A stretch of DNA of 64,000 bases from Escherichia coli. GTDB lineage: Bacteria; Pseudomonadota; Gammaproteobacteria; Enterobacterales; Enterobacteriaceae. The stretch lies in assembly GCF_050920415.1 (NCBI RefSeq), contig NZ_CP169309.1; one strand, written 5' to 3'. Positions 20,594 through 32,808 of the stretch are shown one piece after another (the first letter of the stretch is position 1; the number at the start of each line of letters is the position of its first letter). A model generated the notes under the pieces. The model was not told the origin of the DNA. It searched no databases and saw only the letters and a list, made by a program, of their open reading frames with translations. Position numbers and translations under genes: made by a program.

Positions 20594-21124
20594 ATGGCTA
20601 TCACTGGCATCTTTTTCGGCAGCGACACCGGTAATACCGAAAATATCGCAAAAATGATTCAAAAACAGCTTGGTAAAGACGTTGCCGATGTCCATGACAT
20701 TGCAAAAAGCAGCAAAGAAGATCTGGAAGCATATGACATTCTGCTGCTGGGCATCCCAACCTGGTATTACGGCGAAGCGCAGTGTGACTGGGATGACTTC
20801 TTCCCGACTCTCGAAGAGATTGATTTCAATGGCAAACTGGTTGCGCTGTTTGGTTGTGGCGACCAGGAAGATTACGCTGAATACTTCTGTGACGCATTGG
20901 GCACCATCCGCGACATCATTGAACCGCGCGGTGCAACCATCGTTGGTCACTGGCCAACTGCGGGCTACCATTTCGAAGCATCAAAAGGTCTGGCAGATGA
21001 CGACCACTTTGTCGGTCTGGCTATCGACGAAGACCGTCAGCCGGAACTGACCGCTGAACGTGTAGAAAAATGGGTTAAACAGATTTCTGAAGAATTGCAT
21101 CTCGACGAAATTCTCAATGCCTGA
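20594..21124 (+). CDS. fldA: Flavodoxin 1
   Basis: [27 protein letters not shown]...; 176 aa. Confidence 0.95.
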
Positions 21125-21329
21125 TGTGATGCGGCGTAGACTCATGTCTACGCCGTATTAATAGATAATGCCAATCAAAATAATTGCTACAAATTTGTAA
21201 CTTTTGCTGTTGTACCTGTACAATGTCCCGGTGTTCAAGTGGCCTTGCCGTTGTAAATGTAAGCTGTGCCACGTTTTTATTAACAATATTTGCCAGGGAC
21301 TTGTGGTTTTCATTTAGGCGTGGCAATTC

Positions 21330-21348
21330 TATAATGATACGCATTATC
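21330..21348 (+). promoter_or_regulatory. Fur-box-like 19-mer in the fur leader/promoter
   Basis: tataatgatacgcattatc against the remembered consensus GATAATGATAATCATTATC; overlaps a TATAAT hexamer and the uof start. Confidence 0.5.
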
Positions 21349-21420
21349 TCAAGAGCAAATTCTGTCACTTCTCCTAATGAAGTGAACCGCTTAGTAACAG
21401 GACAGATTCCGCATGACTGA
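21334..21420 (+). CDS. uof: uof, 28-codon upstream ORF translationally coupled to fur
   Basis: MIRIISRANSVTSPNEVNRLVTGQIPHD; stop overlaps the fur start. Confidence 0.6.
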   Translation: MIRIISRANSVTSPNEVNRLVTGQIPHD

Positions 21421-21859
21421 TAACAATACCGCCCTAAAGAAAGCTGGCCTGAAAGTAACGCTTCCTCGTTTAAAAATCCTGGAAGTTCTTCAGGAGCCGG
21501 ACAACCATCACGTCAGTGCGGAAGATTTATACAAACGTCTGATCGATATGGGTGAAGAAATTGGTCTGGCTACGGTATATCGCGTACTGAACCAGTTCGA
21601 CGACGCTGGTATCGTCACCCGCCACAATTTTGAAGGCGGTAAATCCGTATTTGAACTGACACAGCAACATCACCACGATCACCTGATCTGCCTCGACTGC
21701 GGCAAGGTTATCGAATTTAGTGATGATTCCATCGAAGCGCGTCAGCGTGAAATTGCCGCAAAACATGGCATTCGCCTGACTAACCACAGTCTCTATCTTT
21801 ACGGTCACTGTGCCGAAGGCGATTGCCGCGAAGATGAGCACGCGCACGAAGGCGAATAA
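21413..21859 (+). CDS. fur: Ferric uptake regulator
   Basis: MTDNNTALKKAGLKVTLPRLKILEVLQEPDNHHVSAEDLYKRL...; 148 aa. Confidence 0.95.
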   Translation: MTDNNTALKKAGLKVTLPRLKILEVLQEPDNHHVSAEDLYKRLIDMGEEIGLATVYRVLNQFDDAGIVTRHNFEGGKSVFELTQQHHHDHLICLDCGKVIEFSDDSIEARQREIAAKHGIRLTNHSLYLYGHCAEGDCREDEHAHEGE

Positions 21860-21878
21860 GCCAGTCTGAACGAGAAAA

Positions 21879-21902
21879 GCCAACCTGCGGGTTGGCTTTT
21901 TT
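21879..21902. terminator. Bidirectional terminator between fur and chiQ
   Basis: gccaacc/ggttggc stem, tgcg loop, T6 run; A-run on the other side. Confidence 0.75.
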
Positions 21903-21942
21903 ATACAAGGGACATAAGAAAAGCGAGAGTTACAGCTCTCAC

Positions 21943-22269
21943 TTATTTGTTATTGCTGCGAATTTCCTGCCAGACCTTATCACAATCGGTTTTCACTGCC
22001 TGGTCATTACCGGTTTGCGTTGCCTGAATGCACTGCTGATAATCCAGCACACGGACACTTTCCTGCTCGGCAAATTGCTGATGTTGTTTCTCTTTCTTCA
22101 GCACGTTTAACACGCTCTGACAGGCTTCAATTTTTTCCGGCGAACCTTGCGCGGTGTTGATACAGGCGCTGTAAGCTTCTTTCAGATGGCTGTCTTCCTG
22201 TGGCGCGGTGGATTGTGCACAAGCCACCAGCCCCGATGCCATCATGGCGATGAGAATCAGTTTTTTCAT
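21943..22269 (-). CDS. chiQ: ChiQ lipoprotein
   Basis: MKKLILIAMMASGLVAC lipobox; 108 aa; downstream of chiP. Confidence 0.85.
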   Translation of the reverse strand: MKKLILIAMMASGLVACAQSTAPQEDSHLKEAYSACINTAQGSPEKIEACQSVLNVLKKEKQHQQFAEQESVRVLDYQQCIQATQTGNDQAVKTDCDKVWQEIRSNNK

Positions 22270-22318
22270 TGCAAATTCCTCAAACGTGCGGCAGGCACAA
22301 AACCTGCCGCGTCGGGCA

Positions 22319-23725
22319 TCAGAAGATGGTGAATGGTGCGATTACCATAAATTTCACGTCACGCTCATCCTGGAAGATGTTGCCGTAACCACCGCCCCAG
22401 CTTGGGATGTCGGAGTGGTTGTCGTATTCGGTAAAGTGCAGTTTGAACATCGTGCCTTTGGCGCGACCGTCCTGAATGGTGTAGACCGCATCCAGGCTGT
22501 ATGCAGACTCTTCAATAGTCCGGTTTTTGTCGTAGTACGCATCCGGATTGCTCTGCCAGGTAGCGGGTTTAGCATCCCATGCGTAAACGTAGGAAGCGCC
22601 GATGGCGAAGCCTGGAAGATTCCAGTTTTTCAGGTCATACATCGCACCGAAGAAGACCGCTTTTTCGCCGTTGGCGTTGAAGTCAGAACGGTTATCCCAC
22701 CAGATATCCAGGCGACCGTTCGAGGAAGCGTAGGTTGGAGTCATACGTTGCAGGAAGTATCCCTGCTGGCCGTCGGCTTTAACCCAGGTGCCTTCCAGAC
22801 GCAAATCCACTACGTCAGCCGCCCGGTAACCAAAGGTCAACGCTTGCAGCCAGGCGGTGCCGTCATAAAGATCGTTGACGCTGCGATCGTCAACTTTATC
22901 GCGCGTACCGTAGAACTGGTAGCTGGTGGTTAACGGGCTACCGGCGATATCAAATTTGTAGCTGGCTTTGGCAAAATATTGATCGATATACCCTTCTGCC
23001 TGACCAAATGCCGCTTCCAGTACGAAGTTATTTTTGAAGTCGTACTTCGCCCCAAGGGAGTGTAGATAATCAACTTTGGTGGTTTTATCGTTCTGATAAA
23101 ACTCATCCATTTCCAGATGCCACGGCGCTTTATATTCGTTGGTCCACATGTAGGAGAAACTCAACGCACCAGCATCGCCGTAATCAAAATTCGCCCCCGC
23201 TTCCGCCCCCTGATAAGTACCCGGCATAAAGCTCCAGTGCGGCGCTAACAGCGTCTGACCGGTTGGCTGAATATAACCTGCCCGCGCCCACACCGGACCG
23301 TATTTAAATTTGGCCGCTGCTTTATACAGGCTTATACCGCTTTTATCGCCGGACCAGTCTTCGTCATAGGCTTTATTGCTTTTTGAAAACGCGATTTCGT
23401 TCGGGTGAGAACTGTCGCCGTTTTCCGCCATTTCAATCGCCGTAAACGCCGCAATATCAAGGCCGAACATATCAGCAGCATAACCAGACTGAAAATCGAG
23501 GTTGGCATTCCAGGTGGAGTGAGAAAGGTTGGTTTTGTATTTATCGCCGTCGGTAACGTCTTTACGGTCGCGTTCACGCTGCCAGTAATAGATACCGCCG
23601 GTTAAGGTTGAATCGTCGATGAATCCTTCGGCGCGAGCCTCCGGCATTGCCATAAAGCCCGACATTGCTGTAACACTGGCGATAGCCAGCGCCAGCGTAC
23701 TACGTTTGCCACTAAACGTACGCAT
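22319..23725 (-). CDS. chiP: Chitoporin ChiP (OprD-family outer membrane porin)
   Basis: 468 aa with signal peptide; C-terminal aromatic residue (F). Confidence 0.9.
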   Translation of the reverse strand: MRTFSGKRSTLALAIASVTAMSGFMAMPEARAEGFIDDSTLTGGIYYWQRERDRKDVTDGDKYKTNLSHSTWNANLDFQSGYAADMFGLDIAAFTAIEMAENGDSSHPNEIAFSKSNKAYDEDWSGDKSGISLYKAAAKFKYGPVWARAGYIQPTGQTLLAPHWSFMPGTYQGAEAGANFDYGDAGALSFSYMWTNEYKAPWHLEMDEFYQNDKTTKVDYLHSLGAKYDFKNNFVLEAAFGQAEGYIDQYFAKASYKFDIAGSPLTTSYQFYGTRDKVDDRSVNDLYDGTAWLQALTFGYRAADVVDLRLEGTWVKADGQQGYFLQRMTPTYASSNGRLDIWWDNRSDFNANGEKAVFFGAMYDLKNWNLPGFAIGASYVYAWDAKPATWQSNPDAYYDKNRTIEESAYSLDAVYTIQDGRAKGTMFKLHFTEYDNHSDIPSWGGGYGNIFQDERDVKFMVIAPFTIF

Positions 23726-24125
23726 GGGTTAATCCTCTTTGACGTATAAATTGCTGCACCAAAGGTGAACAGCGAAAAAAATAAAAATTAAAAAAGTAGC
23801 GTTGAGAAAAGTCTCGCTGACTACAGGAACAGACTATTTTTCGCGACGCGAATTATCAATCTCTTTCTGTAACCAGAATGTAAGAACATGAGCAACCGCA
23901 CATATTTTGATGATTTTTGTTACAAGGCTTAAGTTTGCAGTTGAAAGGCTTGCAGAAGAATAAAAGCGTGAATTTCCAGCAAGATGAAAACGGTTACATT
24001 TTATTTAATTATGGTTTGTGATTTTAAATTTGTTTTATGGATAAATTGCGAAGCGGAATTAATTCGCGAAGAAAAGCAAAAAAAACGCCGCAGAGCGCGG
24101 CGTTTGGGTTTGTTTGCTATTTCTT

Positions 24126-24287
24126 GCCGGATGCGGCGTGAACGCCTTATCCGGCCTACAAAAGCACGCAAATTCAATATATGGCAGAGATCATGTAGGC
24201 CTGATAAGCGTAGCGCATCAGGCAATTTAGCGTTTGAAACTGTTTCTATGTTTCTTGCCGGATGCGGCGTAAACGCCTCACCCGGCC
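24126..24287. repeat. REP/BIME cluster (three REP units) between chiP and glnS
   Basis: gccggatgcggcgtgaacgccttatccggcctac, gtaggcctgataagcgtagcgcatcaggc, gccggatgcggcgtaaacgcctcacccggcc. Confidence 0.8.
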
Positions 24288-24302
24288 TGGTAGAACTTAA
24301 AA

Positions 24303-25967
24303 TTACTCGCCTACTTTCGCCCAGGTATCACGCAGCCCAACGGTGCGGTTAAATACCGGTTTTTCCGCCGTAGAATGGCGGCTGTCGAGGCAGAAATAAC
24401 CTTCACGCTCAAACTGGAATGCTTTACCCGCTACCGCATCTTTCAGCGAAGGTTCAGCAAAGCCCTGTTTGATCACCAACGATTCCGGGTTAATCACCGA
24501 CAGGAAATCATCCGCAGCACCTGGGTTCGGCACGCTGAACAGACGATCGTACAGGCGGATTTCAACCGGCAGCGCATGTGCCGCGCTCACCCAGTGAATA
24601 ACGCCTTTCACTTTACGACCATCTGCCGGATCTTTGCTTAAGGTGTCGGCGTCATAAGTACAGAAGATGGTGGTGATATTGCCTTCGGCATCTTTCTCCA
24701 CGCGTTCTGCCTTAATAACGTAAGCATTACGCAGACGCACTTCTTTACCCAGCACCAGACGTTTGTACTGCTTGTTAGCTTCTTCGCGGAAATCGGCGCG
24801 ATCGATCCAAATCTCACCGCTAAACGGCACCTGACGGCTACCCATTTCCGGTTTGTTTGGATGGTTCGGCATGGTAACCATTTCGCCTTCGCCCTGGTAG
24901 TTTTCGATAACCAGTTTCACCGGATCGATAACCGCCATTGCGCGCGGGGCGTTTTCGTTGAGATCTTCACGAATGCAGGATTCCAGCGACGCCATCTCAA
25001 TGGTGTTGTCCTGCTTGGTCACGCCAATGCGTTTGCAGAACTCACGAATAGAAGCCGCCGTGTAACCACGACGACGCAGACCGGAAATAGTCGGCATACG
25101 CGGATCATCCCAGCCTTCAACGTGCTTGTCGGTCACCAGCAGGTTCAGCTTACGCTTGGACATCACGGTGTATTCCAGATTCAGGCGCGAGAATTCGTAC
25201 TGGCGCGGATGAACAGGAATGGTGATGTTGTCCAGTACCCAGTCATACAGACGACGGTTATCCTGGAACTCCAGCGTACACAGAGAGTGTGTAATACCTT
25301 CCAGCGCATCGCTGATGCAGTGGGTGAAGTCGTACATCGGGTAGATGCACCACTTGTTACCGGTCTGGTGGTGTTCAGCAAACTTAATGCGGTACAGCAC
25401 CGGATCGCGCATCACGATAAACGGCGAAGCCATGTCGATTTTCGCGCGCAGGCAGGCTTTACCTTCTTCAAAACCACCGGTACGCATTTTTTCGAACAGC
25501 GCCAGGTTCTCTTCAACGCTACGGTCGCGGTACGGGCTGTTTTTACCCGGCTGAGTCAGGGTGCCACGATATTCGCGGATCTGTTCCGGTGTCAGTTCAT
25601 CAACATACGCCAGGCCTTTATTGATCAGTTCGATCGCATAGGCGTGGAGCTGATCAAAATAATCGGAGGAGTAACGGACGTTACCAGACCAGTGAAAACC
25701 TAACCACTCTACGTCGTTTTTGATCGAATCGACATACTCGATATCTTCTTTTACCGGGTTAGTGTCGTCGAAACGCAGGTTGCACTGGCCTTTATAGTCC
25801 TGGGCGATCCCGAAGTTCAGGCAGATAGATTTCGCATGGCCAATATGCAGATAGCCATTCGGCTCCGGCGGGAAACGGGTGTGTACTGTGGTGTGCTTAC
25901 CACTGGCCAGATCTTCATCGATGATCTGACGGATAAAGTTAGTCGGGCGGGCTTCTGCCTCACTCAT
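24303..25967 (-). CDS. glnS: Glutaminyl-tRNA synthetase
   Basis: 554 aa; class I HIGH (HIGHAKS) and VMSKR motifs. Confidence 0.95.
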   Translation of the reverse strand: MSEAEARPTNFIRQIIDEDLASGKHTTVHTRFPPEPNGYLHIGHAKSICLNFGIAQDYKGQCNLRFDDTNPVKEDIEYVDSIKNDVEWLGFHWSGNVRYSSDYFDQLHAYAIELINKGLAYVDELTPEQIREYRGTLTQPGKNSPYRDRSVEENLALFEKMRTGGFEEGKACLRAKIDMASPFIVMRDPVLYRIKFAEHHQTGNKWCIYPMYDFTHCISDALEGITHSLCTLEFQDNRRLYDWVLDNITIPVHPRQYEFSRLNLEYTVMSKRKLNLLVTDKHVEGWDDPRMPTISGLRRRGYTAASIREFCKRIGVTKQDNTIEMASLESCIREDLNENAPRAMAVIDPVKLVIENYQGEGEMVTMPNHPNKPEMGSRQVPFSGEIWIDRADFREEANKQYKRLVLGKEVRLRNAYVIKAERVEKDAEGNITTIFCTYDADTLSKDPADGRKVKGVIHWVSAAHALPVEIRLYDRLFSVPNPGAADDFLSVINPESLVIKQGFAEPSLKDAVAGKAFQFEREGYFCLDSRHSTAEKPVFNRTVGLRDTWAKVGE

Positions 25968-26140
25968 CGTGGATTCCTCAAAGCGTAAACAACGTATAAC
26001 GGCGTATGATCTTATAAGCGGGACAGGCTGACAACTGTTAGTTAGTGAAAATCGAAAATCTCACTGAGATTATGGGGATGATTGATGAAAAAAAAAGCGG
26101 CAGAGAAGATCTCCACCGCTTTTGCCAGTCCTGCGTCATT

Positions 26141-26224
26141 GTTGGATGCGACGCTTAAGCGTCTTATCCAACCTGGACTGAGATTTTGTAGGCCTGATAA
26201 GACGCGTCATGCGTCGCATCAGGC
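26141..26224. repeat. REP elements between glnS and nagE
   Basis: ggatgcgacgcttaagcgtcttatcc and gtaggcctgataagacgcgtcatgcgtcgcatcaggc palindromes. Confidence 0.7.
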
Positions 26225-26234
26225 ATGAAGCAGA

Positions 26235-28181
26235 TTACTTTTTGATTTCATACAGCGGCGTTTGACCCGCCACAACATGACCTTGAGCTTTAATGATAAG
26301 GCCGCTGAAATCGTCGATATTGCTGCAAACCACCGGGCTAATCATCGAACGGGCGTTAGCGTTCAGGTAATCCAGATCCATTTCCAGAATCGGTTGCCCT
26401 GCGCTTACTTGCGCCCCCTCTTCCACCAGACGTTTAAAGCCTTTGCCTTCCAGCGCTACGGTGTCGATACCCATATGGACGACAATCTCAGCGCCTTTTT
26501 CGGTTTCCAGGCAGAACGCGTGATTGGTGTTGAAGATTTTCACGATTGTCCCTGCGGCTGGCGATACGACGATTTTATCCGTCGGTTTCACCGCCACACC
26601 GTCACCCACCGCTTTGCTGGCAAATGCTTCGTCAGGAACCTGATCCAGCGCCACAACATCACCGGTAATCGGCGATACCAGCTCCGCGACAGACACCGCG
26701 TTTGGTACGGCCTGCGGTTTTGCTACAGGCACGGTAGTTGCAGGCGCAGTTTCAGCAGAGGCGGCTGCTACCGGACCACGGGCAACGACTTTCTTCATTG
26801 CATCGCCAATGGATTCCGCTTTCGCGCCAACAATCACCTGAATAGTCTGTTTGTTCAGTTTTACCACCCCAGAAGCACCCAGACGTTTACACATCGCATC
26901 GTTGACGCGAGCTGAGTCAGCCACCGTCAGGCGCAGACGAGTAATACAGGCGTCAATGGCTTTCAGGTTGTCAGTGCCGCCAACCGCAGCAATATAGTTG
27001 GTCGCCAGTTGATTGAGACCTTCTTCAGTGTTGCTGTTGGCTTCTTCAGTAACGATCTCGTCTTCTTTATCTTCGCGACCCGGCGTTTTCAGATTGAACA
27101 TGCGGATAACCACACTGAACACCACGAAGTAGATAGCGAAGAACACAACCCCCATCACCAGCAGCATCCAGACGTTCTGGCTGGCGGCCGGCAGGTTATA
27201 CATCAACGCGTAGTCGATAGCCCCCGCAGAGAAGGAGAAGCCAGCATGGATACCCAGCAGCGTTGCCACAAACAGGCTGATACCCGTCAGCAGTGCGTGC
27301 AGGAGGTACAGCAGCGGCGCAAGGAACATGAACAGGAATTCCAGCGGCTCAGTCACACCGGTCAGGAACGCAGTAACAGCAACAGAAAGCAGCATACCGC
27401 CAACCATCGGACGACGCTCTTTCGGTGCTGCGAAGTACATCGCCAGCGCCGCACCCGGCAGACCGAACATCATAATCGGGAAGAAGCCGGACATGAACAT
27501 CCCCGCGGTGCCGTCACCGGCATAGAAGCGGTTAATGTCGCCGTGGAAAACCGTACCCGCCGCGTTGGTGAATTCACCAATCTGGAACCAGGCGATGGTG
27601 TTCAGTACCTGATGCAGACCGGTTGGGATCAGCAGACGGTTGATGAAACCAAAGATACCGGAACCCAGCGCGCCCGCAGAAACGATCCATTCGCCGCCTG
27701 CATGGATAGCGTGCTGTACCGGTGGCCAGACGTAACCAAAAATGGCCGCCAGCACCAGGCAGAAGAAGCCGGTGGCGATCGGCACAAAACGTTTGCCGCC
27801 AAAGAAGCTCAGGAAATCCGGCAGTTTAATATCGGACCAACGGTTATAGACTGCGCCACCCACCAGACCGGTAATGATACCCGCCAGTACACCCATGTTA
27901 ATTTCTGGGTTGATGGTCACCATCGCTTTGGTTAATACAAAGTAACCTACCGCACCCGCCAGGGCCGCCGCACCTGCGCTGTCTTTCGACCAGCTGGATG
28001 CCACACCGATGGCGAAGATTAATGCGAGGTTATCAAAAATCGCACCGCCCGCCTGGGCAATAAACGCAACGTTAAGTAAATCTGGCTGACCGAATCGCAG
28101 CAACAGTGCCGCCACCGGCAGCACCGCGATAGGGAGCTGTAACGCCCTACCGAGTCGCTGGAAAAAACCTAAAATATTCAT
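26235..28181 (-). CDS. nagE: PTS N-acetylglucosamine-specific EIICBA
   Basis: 648 aa; polytopic N-terminus, EIIB Cys-containing CITRLR motif, EIIA C-terminus. Confidence 0.95.
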   Translation of the reverse strand: MNILGFFQRLGRALQLPIAVLPVAALLLRFGQPDLLNVAFIAQAGGAIFDNLALIFAIGVASSWSKDSAGAAALAGAVGYFVLTKAMVTINPEINMGVLAGIITGLVGGAVYNRWSDIKLPDFLSFFGGKRFVPIATGFFCLVLAAIFGYVWPPVQHAIHAGGEWIVSAGALGSGIFGFINRLLIPTGLHQVLNTIAWFQIGEFTNAAGTVFHGDINRFYAGDGTAGMFMSGFFPIMMFGLPGAALAMYFAAPKERRPMVGGMLLSVAVTAFLTGVTEPLEFLFMFLAPLLYLLHALLTGISLFVATLLGIHAGFSFSAGAIDYALMYNLPAASQNVWMLLVMGVVFFAIYFVVFSVVIRMFNLKTPGREDKEDEIVTEEANSNTEEGLNQLATNYIAAVGGTDNLKAIDACITRLRLTVADSARVNDAMCKRLGASGVVKLNKQTIQVIVGAKAESIGDAMKKVVARGPVAAASAETAPATTVPVAKPQAVPNAVSVAELVSPITGDVVALDQVPDEAFASKAVGDGVAVKPTDKIVVSPAAGTIVKIFNTNHAFCLETEKGAEIVVHMGIDTVALEGKGFKRLVEEGAQVSAGQPILEMDLDYLNANARSMISPVVCSNIDDFSGLIIKAQGHVVAGQTPLYEIKK

Positions 28182-28304
28182 CTTATTCCCCCTACGAGAA
28201 CCCTATTTGGCTCGTTTAAAGCCGTATTTTTATTTTGCTGCAAATTGTACTGCCGATGTTCTGTAATCAGATTGTTAGATCATCTGCTACAGAGTGTGTG
28301 AAAA

Positions 28305-28327
28305 TTTAATTCGTATCGCAAATTAAA
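28305..28327. promoter_or_regulatory. NagC operator (nagE-proximal)
   Basis: tttaattcgtatcgcaaattaaa palindrome-like element in the divergent nagE/nagB region. Confidence 0.6.
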
Positions 28328-28335
28328 CGCGTGTC

Positions 28336-28357
28336 TTTTGTGAGTTTTGTCACCAAA
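28336..28357. promoter_or_regulatory. CRP site in the nagE-nagB intergenic region
   Basis: TGTGAgttttgTCACc. Confidence 0.6.
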
Positions 28358-28398
28358 TATCGTTATCATCACTCCCTTTTACTGGCTAAACCAGAAAA

Positions 28399-28422
28399 CT
28401 TATTTTATCATTCAAAAAATCA
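28399..28422. promoter_or_regulatory. Putative second NagC operator (nagB-proximal)
   Basis: cttattttatcattcaaaaaatca; position consistent with the two-operator loop remembered for nagE/nagB. Confidence 0.4.
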
Positions 28423-28514
28423 GGTCGGATTGACGCCTGTCTGCGCAAATCCAGGTTACGCTTAAAGATGCCTAATCCGCCAACGGCTTACTTTTTACTT
28501 ACTTGAGGTGAATA

Positions 28515-30523
<2,009 letters not shown>

Positions 30524-30531
30524 GAGAAAGT

Positions 30532-31752
30532 ATGACACCAGGCGGACAAGCTCAGATAGGTAATGTTGATCTCGTAAAACAGCTTAACAGCGCGGCGGTT
30601 TATCGCCTGATTGACCAGTATGGGCCAATCTCGCGGATTCAGATTGCCGAGCAAAGCCAGCTTGCCCCCGCCAGCGTAACCAAGATTACGCGTCAGCTTA
30701 TCGAACGCGGGCTGATCAAAGAAGTTGATCAGCAGGCCTCCACCGGGGGCCGCCGCGCTATCTCCATTGTCACCGAAACCCGCAATTTCCACGCAATCGG
30801 CGTACGGCTTGGTCGTCATGACGCCACCATCACCCTGTTTGATCTCAGCAGCAAAGTGCTGGCAGAGGAACATTACCCGTTGCCTGAACGCACTCAGCAA
30901 ACGCTGGAACATGCACTGCTGAATGCCATTGCTCAGTTTATTGATAGCTACCAGCGCAAACTGCGCGAGCTGATCGCCATTTCCGTGATCCTGCCAGGGC
31001 TTGTTGACCCGGACAGTGGCAAAATTCATTACATGCCGCATATTCAGGTAGAAAACTGGGGACTGGTAGAAGCACTGGAAGAACGTTTTAAAGTGACCTG
31101 TTTTGTCGGCCACGATATCCGCAGTCTGGCACTGGCAGAGCACTACTTCGGTGCAAGCCAGGATTGCGAAGACTCCATTCTGGTGCGTGTGCATCGCGGA
31201 ACCGGGGCAGGGATTATCTCTAACGGGCGCATTTTTATCGGGCGCAACGGCAACGTCGGTGAAATTGGCCATATTCAGGTCGAACCGCTGGGTGAACGCT
31301 GCCACTGCGGCAACTTTGGCTGCCTGGAAACTATCGCCGCCAACGCTGCCATTGAACAACGGGTGTTGAATCTGTTAAAGCAGGGCTACCAGAGCCGTGT
31401 GCCACTGGACGACTGCACCATCAAAACTATCTGCAAAGCCGCGAACAAAGGCGATAGCCTGGCGTCGGAAGTGATTGAGTATGTCGGTCGTCATCTGGGC
31501 AAAACCATCGCCATTGCTATCAACTTATTTAATCCGCAAAAAATTGTTATTGCCGGTGAAATCACCGAAGCCGATAAAGTGCTGCTCCCTGCTATTGAAA
31601 GCTGCATTAATACCCAGGCGCTGAAGGCGTTTCGTACTAATCTGCCGGTGGTACGTTCTGAGCTGGATCACCGCTCGGCAATCGGCGCTTTTGCGCTGGT
31701 AAAACGCGCCATGCTCAACGGTATTTTGCTCCAGCATTTGCTGGAAAATTAA
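30532..31752 (+). CDS. nagC: NagC transcriptional regulator (ROK family)
   Basis: 406 aa; helix-turn-helix N-terminus; ROK zinc motif CHCGNFGCLE. Confidence 0.95.
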   Translation: MTPGGQAQIGNVDLVKQLNSAAVYRLIDQYGPISRIQIAEQSQLAPASVTKITRQLIERGLIKEVDQQASTGGRRAISIVTETRNFHAIGVRLGRHDATITLFDLSSKVLAEEHYPLPERTQQTLEHALLNAIAQFIDSYQRKLRELIAISVILPGLVDPDSGKIHYMPHIQVENWGLVEALEERFKVTCFVGHDIRSLALAEHYFGASQDCEDSILVRVHRGTGAGIISNGRIFIGRNGNVGEIGHIQVEPLGERCHCGNFGCLETIAANAAIEQRVLNLLKQGYQSRVPLDDCTIKTICKAANKGDSLASEVIEYVGRHLGKTIAIAINLFNPQKIVIAGEITEADKVLLPAIESCINTQALKAFRTNLPVVRSELDHRSAIGAFALVKRAMLNGILLQHLLEN

Positions 31753-31799
31753 TGTGCTTTTATAGTGGCGCTTATTGTTGTCAATATTCTGGGTAGTCC

Positions 31800-32552
31800 A
31801 TGACCATTAAAAATGTAATTTGCGATATCGACGGCGTGCTGATGCACGATAACGTCGCCGTACCGGGTGCAGCGGAATTTTTGCACGGGATTATGGATAA
31901 AGGCCTGCCGCTGGTGTTGCTGACCAACTATCCTTCGCAGACCGGGCAGGATCTGGCGAACCGCTTTGCCACTGCGGGTGTAGATGTGCCGGACAGCGTG
32001 TTTTATACCTCCGCGATGGCGACCGCCGATTTCCTGCGTCGCCAGGAAGGCAAGAAAGCGTATGTGGTGGGCGAAGGCGCACTGATTCATGAACTGTACA
32101 AAGCCGGTTTCACTATTACCGATGTGAACCCTGATTTTGTGATTGTTGGCGAAACGCGTTCCTACAACTGGGACATGATGCATAAAGCAGCCTATTTCGT
32201 CGCTAACGGTGCACGCTTTATCGCCACCAATCCGGATACTCACGGACGCGGTTTTTATCCAGCCTGCGGCGCGTTGTGCGCGGGGATCGAGAAAATCTCC
32301 GGACGTAAACCGTTCTATGTCGGTAAGCCCAGCCCATGGATCATCCGCGCGGCATTAAACAAAATGCAGGCGCATTCGGAAGAAACGGTGATTGTCGGTG
32401 ATAATCTGCGTACCGACATTCTGGCGGGCTTCCAGGCCGGTCTGGAGACGATTCTTGTACTGTCCGGTGTTTCGTCGCTCGACGATATCGACAGTATGCC
32501 GTTCCGCCCGAGCTGGATTTACCCATCGGTCGCTGAAATCGACGTTATCTGA
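31800..32552 (+). CDS. umpH: UMP phosphatase (HAD superfamily; NagD)
   Basis: 250 aa; DIDGV HAD motif I. Confidence 0.9.
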   Translation: MTIKNVICDIDGVLMHDNVAVPGAAEFLHGIMDKGLPLVLLTNYPSQTGQDLANRFATAGVDVPDSVFYTSAMATADFLRRQEGKKAYVVGEGALIHELYKAGFTITDVNPDFVIVGETRSYNWDMMHKAAYFVANGARFIATNPDTHGRGFYPACGALCAGIEKISGRKPFYVGKPSPWIIRAALNKMQAHSEETVIVGDNLRTDILAGFQAGLETILVLSGVSSLDDIDSMPFRPSWIYPSVAEIDVI

Positions 32553-32557
32553 ATAGC

Positions 32558-32590
32558 AACCACGCCTCAGGGCGTGGTTTCTTATTTTTA
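32558..32590 (+). terminator. Terminator of the nag operon
   Basis: aaccacgcc/ggcgtggtt stem, tcag loop, T-rich tail. Confidence 0.75.
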
Positions 32591-32808
32591 CCCATCATTA
32601 AAATTCGCCCATTCAATAAAACCCGCCAAAAAATATCGATTCATCAATAAATACACCTCCAAACCCTCCTCTTTTTCATCAATCAGCAATCACCATTACG
32701 TTTTTTATTTTCCCCCTGCCAAATCGCTTGCGCATAGTGCTGCTTTGCGGCATTTTTTTAAACAAGCAAACACAATAAGCAACAAACACCAGGTTAACGG
32801 AGAAGGTT

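Noticed and set aside
23984-24352. 122-aa ORF between chiP and glnS
   Set aside because: Spans the REP/BIME repeat cluster; Arg-rich translation typical of palindromic repeats read through.
24861-25703. 280-aa plus-strand ORF antisense to glnS, and similar antisense ORFs in nagE (27009..27935) and chiP (22208..22933)
   Set aside because: Antisense to confidently identified genes; no motifs.
24126-26224. Possible CRISPR array, suggested by repeated palindromic units
   Set aside because: Units are REP elements of variable spacing and orientation, with no regular repeat-spacer periodicity and no cas genes.
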